Source: Atractiella rhizophila
Lineage: Eukaryota
Length of the DNA stretch: 34,596 nucleotides
Assembly (NCBI GenBank): GCA_021432655.1
Contig: MU271656.1
Span: 1 to 34,596 of the forward strand
Reading direction: 5' to 3'
Below, piece by piece: positions 10,245 to 21,121 of the stretch. The notes below the pieces were generated by a model. It had not been told where the DNA came from. It searched no databases and saw nothing but the letters and a program-made list of their open reading frames with translations. Position 1 is the first letter of the stretch; each line of letters opens with the position of its first letter. Made by a program: the position numbers and the translations under genes.

Positions 10245-12930
10245 GAGGTGGTTGAGTGAGGAGCAGAAACTCTCCAATGAGGTGATGGTCTTCGAAGCGT
10301 TCCGGGAAACAGTAGGACCAAGTCTGCGCAGACTCACCGTGAGCCTTCTGTCAGCTTCCGTAATTTCTTTTCCTCTCAGAATACCATTACAGGCATTATC
10401 GAAACGGTCACTGAAACGACTCCAGTCCTCCTTCCTCCACTCGAAGCGAGGCGAGCCTGCGCTCCTAGCCATCCGTTCTCACGACAAAGACGCCTCAACA
10501 GAAGCTTTGCTCGGCTCTGAAGATCTCGGCTCTTTGCGAACTTCTTTGTTGGAATGTCTCGAAGCATATCGAATCGCTCACACTTCAGCTCTTACGAAGA
10601 TCTACCGTTATTCTGCGAGTGAGCGGACGTTGCCTCCACCTGCCTTCTTGAAGGAACATCCAATATTCAACAGCGAAGCTTTGTCAGAGGCAGAAGCGGA
10701 GAGCGATGGACCACACGAAGAGATCTTTCTTCTATATTTCTTCCTCTATACAATGGAGGAGTTTGTCCAGGACTTGACAGAACTGTTAACCCTCTTCGAA
10801 GGCGTCAAGGAACAGGAAGAGAAGGCAGAGCGAGAATGGATGAGGAGGAAGGAAAAATGGTGGTTTATGCGTCCTTTCGTTGGCAATTTGCAACAGACAA
10901 AATGGAGGAACTTGTGTGCGTCTACTATTACTGCTTTGTCTAGTCTCTAACTAGGGGGCACACCAGACAATCTTTTCCCAACCCTTCTTCCAAAGGCGAA
11001 AGACGACACGCCATTCCCCATAATCGATGGGCCGGCGTTGACGTCGCACAAAAATGAAGAGGAGGAACTGAGGGGATGGAGGAAATTCAAGCGTGGGCTG
11101 TGGTATCTCGGATATAGGGTAAAACAGCCAGATATCACTTATGGCTTCAAGACTGGTCCGTTCAGCTCCAAAATCACAATATCCCGTTAACCATATTTAG
11201 GGTTGGGAGCATTGTGTCTTGCTATTCCCGCCTTCATACCTTCCTTCAGGGATGACTACGTGCGGTACAAAGGATGGTGGGCTTTGGTGAGTCCACATTT
11301 ATAAGTCTGTGTAGCATCTTATATTATTGGACAGGTCTCCTACATGGTCGTTATGAGGCACTTCTTTCCCTACCTGCTGATAAATAACCTGATTTGTGTG
11401 ATAGCCCTTCTATCGGACAAACTAACTACCTCATTGTCCACCGTCTTCTGGGTTCTCTCGCCGGCGCAGGCGTAGCGATAGCTTTTTATGAACTTTTCCC
11501 TGAGAATCCCATCGTTCTTCCCATTTTAGGTTGGCTGTTCTGCCTCCCGTGCTTCTATTACGCCGTGAACTACCCTAGTTCGTCATTTCTTTCTCGGCGT
11601 AGCATGATGCTTATCTTGCTATACCAGCGTATGCACCTACTGCGAGGTTTGTATTGCTCACCTATAACCTCACCTGTCTTGTGCGCCACTCCGTAGCTTG
11701 TCAGATAACTCCATCTAACGGGAAGGTGCGCAGTCAACCTATAATCAGAGGGAGCTCGATGTCTCGCACATAACAATCGCCTTGATGAGGATGATGGTTA
11801 GTTTGGCTACTGAAAGCTCCATGCCTCAATACTCAAGAGCAAAACCCATAGTCCGTAGTAATCGGCGTCGGCTGGAGTTTTATTATCACTCGTTTCATCC
11901 TGCCGTATGAAGCCAGGAAGGAGCTCCGAAAAGGATTATCTGAGTACATGTTTTGCTTCCTCACATGCTATCAGAGACCCATGTTTTATAGATGGCTATT
12001 GAACGCCGCACACCTTTACGACCGCATTGTGCGCTCGTATTCCTACAATCCCGCTGCAATCAGACCCGATGGATCCAAACCCTCCAAATCTGTCATGGAC
12101 GGATCATGGTCCTTAACGAGAGAGGACACTGAAAAACTCAAACACGAATTTGATGACTGTCGAAAGATGGTGCTTCACCAACGAATACAACTCCTTCACG
12201 TATGTCGCCATCATCAACATGATACTGAGCTGATTTCAGATATGCAGCTGTCCTCCCTTTTAACTCAAACAATAAACGAACCCAGATTGAAAGGGCCGTT
12301 TCCAGTAGCGAGTTATCGAGAGGTCTTGTCCCACTGCCAGAATATACTAGACCTCTTCCACAGCATTCAGTGTGTCGTTTCGCGCGATTCATGGCATCAA
12401 AACGTAATCATGGATTTCGTGATACCTGTCAACAAATACCGGCGAGAAATGGTTGCGTCCTCCCATTGTTGTTCCATCCATTGCTGAATGTAGCTCCAGG
12501 TCGGCAATGTCATCCTCTTCTTCAGCTTGCTGGCTAGCACTGTTTGGCTCAAGACGCCGATGCCACCATATCTTCCTCCATGCGCTCTTTCTCGACAGCG
12601 TTTAGCCAACAAAATTCGAAAGCTTCCAGTCGTGAGACAAAGAGCGGTCAGAGGCAGCCCAGACTACTTGCTATACTTTGCATATGTCGTTGCTATGAAG
12701 CAGGTACTAAGGCATCCTTTTGATCAGTGTGACACTGATCTAGAACAGGTCATTGACGAACTCGAAGATCTTGGACGCAGCTTCCAGTCACTCTTTGGTA
12801 TTATTGGCGGTTTCAAAAGTACGCGTCATTCCTCTCATTCTCCCATTGCAGTGTAGCTCACGTCCATTGCGTAGGTGGAGACATGTTTGAGATTATGTTT
12901 CACGCGGAGCCAATACACGATTCAGTTTAA
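10209..12930 (+). pseudogene. 5'-truncated duplicate of the FUSC/ArAE transporter (C-terminal ~two thirds; exons intact; possible ATG at 10228)
   Basis: Near-identical to 6446-9167; same stop (TAA 12928-12930); lacks the first transmembrane module and the native promoter. Confidence 0.85.
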
Positions 12931-13342
12931 GTCATTTGTGCATTTGTGTGAAACCAACATATCACTGACAGAAAATCAACTTTCAGGAACATTTGATCCT
13001 TCTTTCCTCAGTGAGTTGGGCAAAAAGTGATTGCATTCCAAGGGGAGTTCGCTATACACATTGAAAAATAGGAGCAGAAACATTAGTTGCGTCTGCAGAA
13101 TTCCATCTTTCATCAGAAACGTTCAGGAGCTGCAGTTGTTGACTGTTGACTCTGCAACTGCACGTGCAAGGGAGTGTGGGATTTTTGCCAGCGGAGCAAA
13201 CCAGAGCCATCGACCGACTGCTACTGCAATCTCTCACTCTTTCCCAGCTAAACTCACGCTACCGTTGGAGGCACTTTGGAGAAACCTCTAAATCGCCAAA
13301 GAACATCTAACAACCCAGCATCGATTCGGGCTCAAATTTCCC

Positions 13343-15270
13343 ATGGACTCATGCTTGTCCAGTGCAACTCGGCGCGCGTATTCTGCTGCCGAACGAGATA
13401 TATCTGGAAAATTTGAGGAAGTCGCCACGGAGGTGATTTTGAATATGCTGTCAAATCCATCAGGTCATTCCCCCAAGCAGCTCTTCATTGAAGAGGCTGA
13501 GGATGAGGAGGATGAGAACGTTCAATGCAAGGGTCTCGTGAGTTTATCGTGAGCTTGAGAATGATGCTGACAACGAAAGTAGATCACAGCTCTCAGCCCC
13601 GTCCTCGCCCAAGGCTGGGAGCTCGTTTGTCCGGCAAATAATGGCGATGTTACTACAGAAAGTATCTACGGTCAACAATCGTTCAAGCCTGGTCTTTTGC
13701 TTTACTCTTCAAAAGGCCCTAATTCCTGCCGCCCCAGGGAGATAGAGCTTTTTGGAGTGGTTAAGTCAGCCCCCGTATGCCGTGTATTCGATTGCAAAGA
13801 CAAAGCGTTCGAATGCCAAACAGAAGAAGCCAAGCATATACGAGGACAGTTGACTCTATACAACACTGTTATTCAAACAATGCAGCCGCGAACTCGAGTC
13901 TTTTCGTTCTTCGTCCAGTCCACCTCTGCGCGCTTACTGTGCCATTCACGAGCTGGGACTCGAATATCGCAGGCTTTTGGAATCAACGACCAAAATAATT
14001 ACCTTGGTCAATTCCTCTGGCGATTCACTCATGCATCTCCTTCTCAGAGGGGACACGACACTTCCATCGAACGTGCTGAAGGTGGGAATGCCATTGAAGC
14101 AAGGAAGGCCTTAGGGTTGGAGAACGAGGTTGACCTCTTTCAGGTCACCGTGGAGAATGAACGTTTTGCTTTCGCACAACCCTTCACAGGCTTTCATTCT
14201 CGGCCTGTCAGTCGAGGCACTTATTGCTATCGCGCTTACTGGGCTAGAGAAAAAAAGGTCGTTCTCCTCAAGGATACATGGAGGAAGGAGGAGTATGGGA
14301 AGGAAGGGGATGTTTATAAAATTTTGAGGTCCAAACAAGTAAGGAACATTCTAACCATCGTATGTCACCAGGATGTCGATGACCAGAATCCTCTCCAACT
14401 AGCAGAAGGAGCTGAGGGATGGAAGCTGAAACACTATCGAATAGTATTTGAAGAGGTGGGAGAGCGTCTGAATCAGTTCAGATCGTCTTGGGAACTGGTT
14501 AAGGTAATGTCAGATGCCTTTACAGGTATGTTTTCTTTTGCTGCTTCCAATAACGCTGACTTCATAAATGGTAGCTCATCGAGATGCATTCGAGAATGCT
14601 GGTGTCCTTCACCGGGACGTTTCCTTTGGAAATATACTTCTCATTCGGTCGGGGGATGAAGTTCATGGGATGCTTATTGATTGGGAATTTGCAGAGGTCA
14701 AATATTGCCCTGAGAAGGGTGCCACAGAAAGAACTGTTCGTTTTCTCATTGCTCAGAGAGAGTATTGCCCATGGTGCTTAGGGAACATTTCCATTCCTAT
14801 CTCTTCGCTTGTTGAACGACTATCGACGCCCGCAGCTCGTTAGCGACGACATCCAATCATTTCTTTACGTCCTCGTCTGGATAACTCTCCACCACGGACC
14901 CACCCAGCTGGACCCAGCCGATCGCACCAGTCAGCTTGAATTCTTTGATCCCAGGAGGACCCTCCAGTCTGCTTACACGGCCAAACTCTCTGCGGTTCAA
15001 CGTGACATGTCAGAATACATGAACGTAAACACTGTGCCGTTCGGTGACCTTCTATCTGCTCTGCTCTCGACTCTCAGTCTTGCTGTAACATACCAACATT
15101 TTCTGGACACACCGCGTCTTGTTGTTAGGCGGCGGAAGGAAGAAGAGAGAGATGCTTGGGAGAAAATGGAGAGTCATAAGTTTGTGGCTGATACGATGGA
15201 GCAGGCCTTGAAGAACCTGGAGTGGAAACAAATTCAGGACGGGGCAGTGAACCATCTGCTAGTGGATTGA
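13343..15270 (+). CDS. Fungal-type protein kinase (FunK1 / Pkinase_fungal family), 4 exons
   Basis: Introns 13538-13582, 14526-14574 and 14736-14781 splice in frame. Motifs: SRGT (Gly-loop), VLLKDTWR (catalytic Lys), EGDVY, HRDVSFGNILL, LIDWEFA, RTGTFPFLS, DDIQSFLYVL. Confidence 0.9.
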
Positions 15271-15652
15271 GAGTCGCTGTTTAACGTATGGACTTCAATG
15301 TTCAACCAGGAGGAACGCTAATGAGATATCGTAATAACTGAGCTGTTCACACAGTCCATTAATTTGGAACCTGCAGGTGGTGGTTGAATTCATCTGTACA
15401 TGAGTAACGCATGATTCCTTCCCTTTGAACTTGGACTGAAGTGTAACCAAAGTAGGCATTCCATCGATCAATTGTGCTGTTATACATCGTCTAAAACATG
15501 TCGCGAAATGTAAGGATAAATAAGTACTGCTTCCCAACAACTCCATCCCCAACGGAAACGTTAAAGGAGTTTGAAGGGTGATTGCAAAAGAGCGCATGAA
15601 AACTCAAGATTATACTTTTAGATGTCGTAAACTGCATTCATCAGTTCTTTCT

Positions 15653-18600
15653 TCACCAAGGATTCGCCAGTCCACCTCCGCTCAAACCTTCAGCGAAGCT
15701 TCGTTGTTGTCGTTCCCGTTCCTCTTCTTCCTCGCGTACTCGCTGTTCCTCCTCTCTCCTCCTCTCCTCCTCTTCGGCCGCCTTCTGTGCCTGCAGTTGC
15801 TGTTGTTGTTCTTGAGCTGAGAGGGGAGCTGGTGGGCGTTGGACACCTAATATCTTATCTTGCGCCTCCCGTGCTTCGTCCAAATACACCTCCCAAGCAG
15901 CCACAATCTCCTTTTGTCGGTCGACCATGCCGTTTACGAATTCCTCCAAACCCATCTTAAAGTCTTCAATCTTCTCTTGATCGAAGCGGAGGATCTCAGA
16001 CTTAACCAGACGGGTTATCTCTTGGTATTCGGCTTTAAACGATTGGGCCCTTCGTTCAGCCTAAACTCCCATTAGACACCGGCACAGGGGAAGACTGTGA
16101 AAAAGCGGACATCAACAAGTTCGGTCCAAGCTTGATCCAATTGTTCTGAGAAACGTATGCCTTGAGCTTTAAGCTTTTCGTGGTTCCTCTTCGCCTTCGA
16201 GAGTGTCTGCTCCGCTGCCTGGTGCGCCTGGAATGCCTTTACTCGGCTCGCAAGACTCAGCTAGATCTCTGTCAACATCTCCAGCCACACAAATGAAAAA
16301 GACAAACCCTAGCAGAGCCAATCTGCCTGACATACCCTTCAACCAAAACAGACAGGCCTTCATCTTCCTTTTTGGCTTGCTCCTCCCCTACAATCCGCAA
16401 ACGCTGTTGCAATTTCGACAGCTTGGCGAATACGCCTTTGAGAGTAGAGGAGAGGTCGCAGTCCGAAATATTCAAATAAATGGCTTCCATCTCGCTCAGA
16501 GACGACGTGAAAACCAGACGAGACTTGGAGCATTTGACCAAGGTCTCGTGCAATGATTTAAGTTGGGACTCTAGCGAGTCGAGGTAGTTTCGCCGCTCGT
16601 CAAAGAACTAATACCCTTGTTAGCTACCAAGCACGCTAAGAAGAGAGACAAACCTCGTCGAATTCAATAAACTTTGCACCACCAACAACGCTTCCCACCA
16701 TTCCCAACAGGCCAGCACCACCAACACCCATCGCACTCGTCCGTCTTCCGTCCCTTTCTGCCTCTAATCGGCGTTGCTTGATCTACATGCAAACCGTCCA
16801 AATCTACGTTGACGTAAGTAAGTGAAAGCCTACATCCATAGACAATGTGTCGCTCTCAAGGAACAACCGCAGATCATTGTCCTCATATAAAATTGGATGG
16901 CTGGTGCACCGCTCCAAAAAGTCCTGCAGTCCATGTCGTCGGTTTTCCACAAACTCAGCATCGAACCTCCCTGTCAAGCAAATCCGTCAATGGAGTGCTA
17001 GCATAAATCGAAAGAAACTGACCCATAGCTTGCTTCTCCGGTAACTGAGGAACCATAACTCCCGGATTGTCCTCCAAAAGCTGCTCATAGAGCCACACAA
17101 ACTCCTTATACCTCCTCAACACAGAGAACTCTGGCTTCTTGAATGAAGTACTATTCGTCTATCCCACCCTCTCAGTCAAACATGAACAAAACGAAAATGG
17201 TGATACGAACCTGAGTCCTAACAGTGTACACTGTGTGTCCACTCATAGGATTGATTGCTGCCCCAACCTTCTGCGGATCTCCAACGCGGATCACAAACTT
17301 TGGTCTCGGCTTAGCAGGCTGAATTGGCTGCTGTTGTGGGGCTGGAGGAGGTGCGACTTGCTGCTGCAAGATCTGCGGCGCAGCTGCTGGATGGGCATGA
17401 TGAGGATGAGCATGTCCGGCCCCGTTAGCCTGTTGTCGATAGGGAACTGGGGAGTGGGGATGAGGATGAGGATGAGCGTGAGTGGCGTATGAAGGTGCGA
17501 AGGACTGTTCTGAGGTGTAGGAAGGAGGACCGCGAGTATTCGGCACGTGAGTCGGAGCGTGGGGCGAGGGAGGGATGTAAAAGTTCTGTTGCTGATACTG
17601 CTGGTTCACACTCGGCGACTGCCCCTGTTCTTGTTGTTGCTGCTGCTGCGGTGGAGGAGGACTCCAAGGACTCTGGGGCTGTCGAATCGGTTGGGGACTC
17701 GCGTTTGAGCTCGCCCTTATGCTACTCTGCGAGCTTGCCACCATGTTCTCCTCCTCAGATGGAGCGACCAAGCTCACTTCCCTAGTAGGTGGTCCGGGGC
17801 TGACGAGAACCCTATCGGATTCGAAGGATGGACGAGTTGAAATGACGCTTCCATTCATTGACGCTGGTGTTGGATCTACGGATGGAGAAGGTGAGGGGGA
17901 GGGAAGGGGAGAAGGAGACGCAACTGCCGTTGCTGGTGCCGAGGGAACTTTCTCCTCTGCTTCCTTTTCTGCTTCTGGGGCTTGGACGGCTGTCGCTGCA
18001 GAAGGAGTAGTCATGTCCTCCGACGTCCTCGCAGTGGTTGGAGGCGTCGATTCTGACTGCGACTGCGAGTGCGTTGGAGGAGAAGAGGGAGTGGGTGTGG
18101 AGGGGGACGCGGAGAGGGAGGGGTTCTCCTGTCCCGGAGCTTCCTCCGCCTTTCCAACGACCGTCTGCGCTTCCAAAGCAGGAGCTGCATTCTTCTCCTC
18201 TCCAACGATTGGAGCTGGAGCTGGAACCGCTGGTGGAGCGGGACTTGGAGCAGGTGAAGGAGCGGCAGGAGTAGAAGGAAGTGGGACATCCTTCGGCTCC
18301 TTCTCTTTCCCTTTCTGTTCCTCTTCCTTCGGTGCAGGTGTGGCAGGACTCGACGCCGTCTTTCCCAAAGGTGAAGGAGAAGGAGGTGTTCCGGCGTTAA
18401 GTTGCTGTTTGGGCGGTAGGAACATACTCTTGGTTCCCTTGTCTTCTATCCTTCCTCCCCTTGCAGGTCCCTTTCGGATCGAGGATTTACGCTTGTTGAA
18501 AGCTTCAAGCGGGTCTTCGTCTTCTTCGAATACCTGGATCCATGCAGAGATATAGAACATGAACAAAAACCTCCCATCTCTGGCACAGACAATAGGAAGC

Positions 18601-19777
18601 AACGTACACTCTTCGCAAACAAGCTCTCCCTCTTCCCCTTCTTGCCCTCCTTCTTGCTCAAAAAGTCTCCAGGTCTGTCAATTATGCCTCCAAGTGGGCT
18701 AGGCGTAACGTCACCCAGCAACAAACTACTCGGAAGAGCCTTGGGCTTTGGTTCCCTCTTCGCTGGCTTGGCAGGAGGGGGAGGTGGAACGTCAGGATCC
18801 GCAAAAGCAGTTGCAGTTGTAGGAGAAGGAAAGGAAGGAGGAGCAAAAGGGTTGGCATTGAAAGAGTTGGAAGGATCGTAGAAGGCGGATTGGGAGAGCG
18901 AGTGGGGCGGAGGAGGAGGAGGGGAGGCCAGGAATGCCGATTGAGTAGACGGAGGTGGGGATGTCTGGAAGGGTGATTGTGCTTCCGCCTCGTTGTAGTC
19001 GTATGCTCCGAAACCGCCTGTAGGCGCTGGAAGAGACGGAGATTCGAACGCTTGGAATTGTCCAGCAATTGGAGAGGGAGATGTTGCGTCGTAGTCGTAT
19101 CCGGAGGCAGCAAAGCTCGTTCCACTCTCCATCTCTCTCGCCGATCCCATCGTCGCCGTCCTCGCATGTCCAAACCTTCCAGGCCCAGCTCCTTCTCCTC
19201 CCTGATATGAGCGCTCAGGAGAAGTCGAGTAAGAGTCCTTCCTCACATGGCCACCGTGTGCAGCAAAAGAGGTTTGAGTCGCAGAAGGAGAGGAAATGGA
19301 AGGTGGACGAGCGAAGGAGGCAGATCGTCGATGAGAAGAGGAGGATGAAGGGACACGATAATCTTCCGAGCCCCACCCCGCCTTCCTACCTCCAACGCCC
19401 ACTCCAACCTGTCCATCATCCTCATCCTCCCTGACCCGCTCAACCTGCGCAGGACGATATACCTCCTCTGTCCCTCCAAACCCTGTGCCATCGTCTCCTC
19501 CTCCTCCTCCTAGCGCAGATATAGAGGAAGACGAAGGGTCAGGCGCACCGTATACCGCCTCATCCTCGTCTTCTCCCCTTCGTCCCATGCCGCCGAATCC
19601 ACCCAACCCGTTCCCTTGCAAAACGGAGGACGGAGGAGGCGCATAGTCTGGATCGAGCCACCCGCTACCGGTGTCTTCACCCCAGGCATTGGAGGAAGGA
19701 TGAGCGTTGGAGAAGAGGGTGGAGCCAGTTGACGTCGGGGGCAGGTCGGCAAAGGGATTGGAGGTCGTGTAGTCCAT
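15653..19777 (-). CDS. VPS5: Retromer PX-BAR sorting nexin (Vps5/SNX1-like), multi-exon, very long disordered N-terminus
   Basis: PX motifs FVIRVGDPQKVG...HTVYTVRT, SVLRRYKEFVWLYEQL...NPGVMVPQLPEK, RFDAEFVENRR, DLRLFLESD. BAR region FFDERRNYLDSLESQLK...QKEIVAAWE. First intron 18534-18607; stop at 15653-15655. Confidence 0.85.
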
Positions 19778-21121
19778 CTTTTCTCGTTTTCTTCGTCAGC
19801 ACGTATAATATTACCCCTCGAATAATATTCCTGAGTCAGTACAAGTATGGGAAGGCGACTGTTCGATAGGAGCAAGGCAGAACTGTTCGTGGTCGAGAAT
19901 GCAAGGTCGAAAGAAGCGGAGCCGCAGCCAACGAAACTTCAACCTGGAGACTCGCAACTGGTTGATCATGAGTTGAGTGCATGAACAATGAGCACATGAG
20001 CAGAGGAGAAAAGGTTTTGGGCCAGGGAGGACTTTGTGAAAAGCAAACGATTGATAGACATCGGGAGGCAGTTAGGAACTTGCGTGCGCTGGCGCAACCC
20101 TTAGTCCCTTAGTCGAAGTAAGCTCCCTCATCGGTTGCCGTCTGAGCTTGAGTTACGAGTAGAGAGGGTGATGTGAGATACGACTCCATATTTCCCGTAG
20201 ATCCATTAACCATGTCTACTTGTGAACGTGAGAGGGAGAAGCTCCCTGAACGGCCCGAGCATCTCCCTTCTTATCATCTCATCTTGGACATTACTCATTT
20301 AAACACGCTCTTGGGTTCGTTCCCATTTTTGAGTCCCCTCAAGCCGCTCTGGCTGCGTTTAAACAGCGCCGAACTTGTTTATCGGGGAGGTGTGTGGTAC
20401 AACAGAGACAAGTGAATAATCCCTCCTTTGGGCACACGAGCAGAGAGAAACTTTCAACGCTGCTGTTGATGATAAAACATGAACTTGTGCAACCACCAGC
20501 GTCGACGACACCGATCCCCCTTCTCTCGTTCCTTTTTCCGTTTTGTTCCTTTAAATCGCCAATATGCCTTCAATTCGTTCAGAACTTCGTGTGAGGTTTT
20601 CATCGTCAGGTCTAAATCCTCCAATTTCTGAAGCAAGTTCGTTGGTTTCTGATTATGGCGTCTTTAATCAAATGGAACCTTGAACGCGGAAAGAGATTGA
20701 ATCTTCTACACTCCCTTTCCTCTTTACCGCAGTACCCTGCCCCTCACGCCGTCCACAAATGTTTTACCATGCATCACCATTTCTCAGGAACAGGAATATC
20801 TACTTCATGGTATTCGGAGATGAGAGGGCTTCATCCTGCGACCGGCAAGCCTCCGGATACCTTTTGGGGTTGTTCACCACCTACTCGTACTGTGCAGATC
20901 TGAGGTTTGTAAAGAGTGGACAGAACAATGTGGAATCCCATTTGGTAAAATGATCTAAAACTCATTCTACAGCGAAATTTGCATTCGTACAGATCTTTCG
21001 AGCCGTTTCGAACTTGAGTGACATATCGTGTTATCAACAGTATAGAGTGTGATGATATAATCTCGCAAAACAGCCAAAAGCTTGAATCGATCTCAATCTT
21101 CGACCTAATTCGACGAGTCTC

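Larger units (their letters stand above)
6446..14025. repeat. Direct tandem segmental duplication, unit ~3.8 kb (copy 1 6446-10207, copy 2 10209-14025)
   Basis: Constant offset of 3763 nt across the transporter part (ORFs 6613/10376, 7184/10947, 8185/11948, 8764/12527), rising to 3818 in the kinase part (ATG 9525/13343). Junction reads ...TGGCGATT-A-AGAGGACAGC at 10207-10209. Confidence 0.97.

Noticed and set aside
6446..14025. Duplication as an LTR element or other transposon
   Set aside because: The units abut directly and contain only host genes; no TG...CA ends, TIRs, target-site duplication or transposase/RT motifs.
17719..18555. 278-aa plus-strand Gly/Ala-rich ORF
   Set aside because: Antisense mirror of the Pro/Ser-rich VPS5 exon.
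19804..19829. Repeated TATAATATT just upstream of the VPS5 start
   Set aside because: Short AT-rich duplication only ~30-50 nt from the ATG; no independent support for function.
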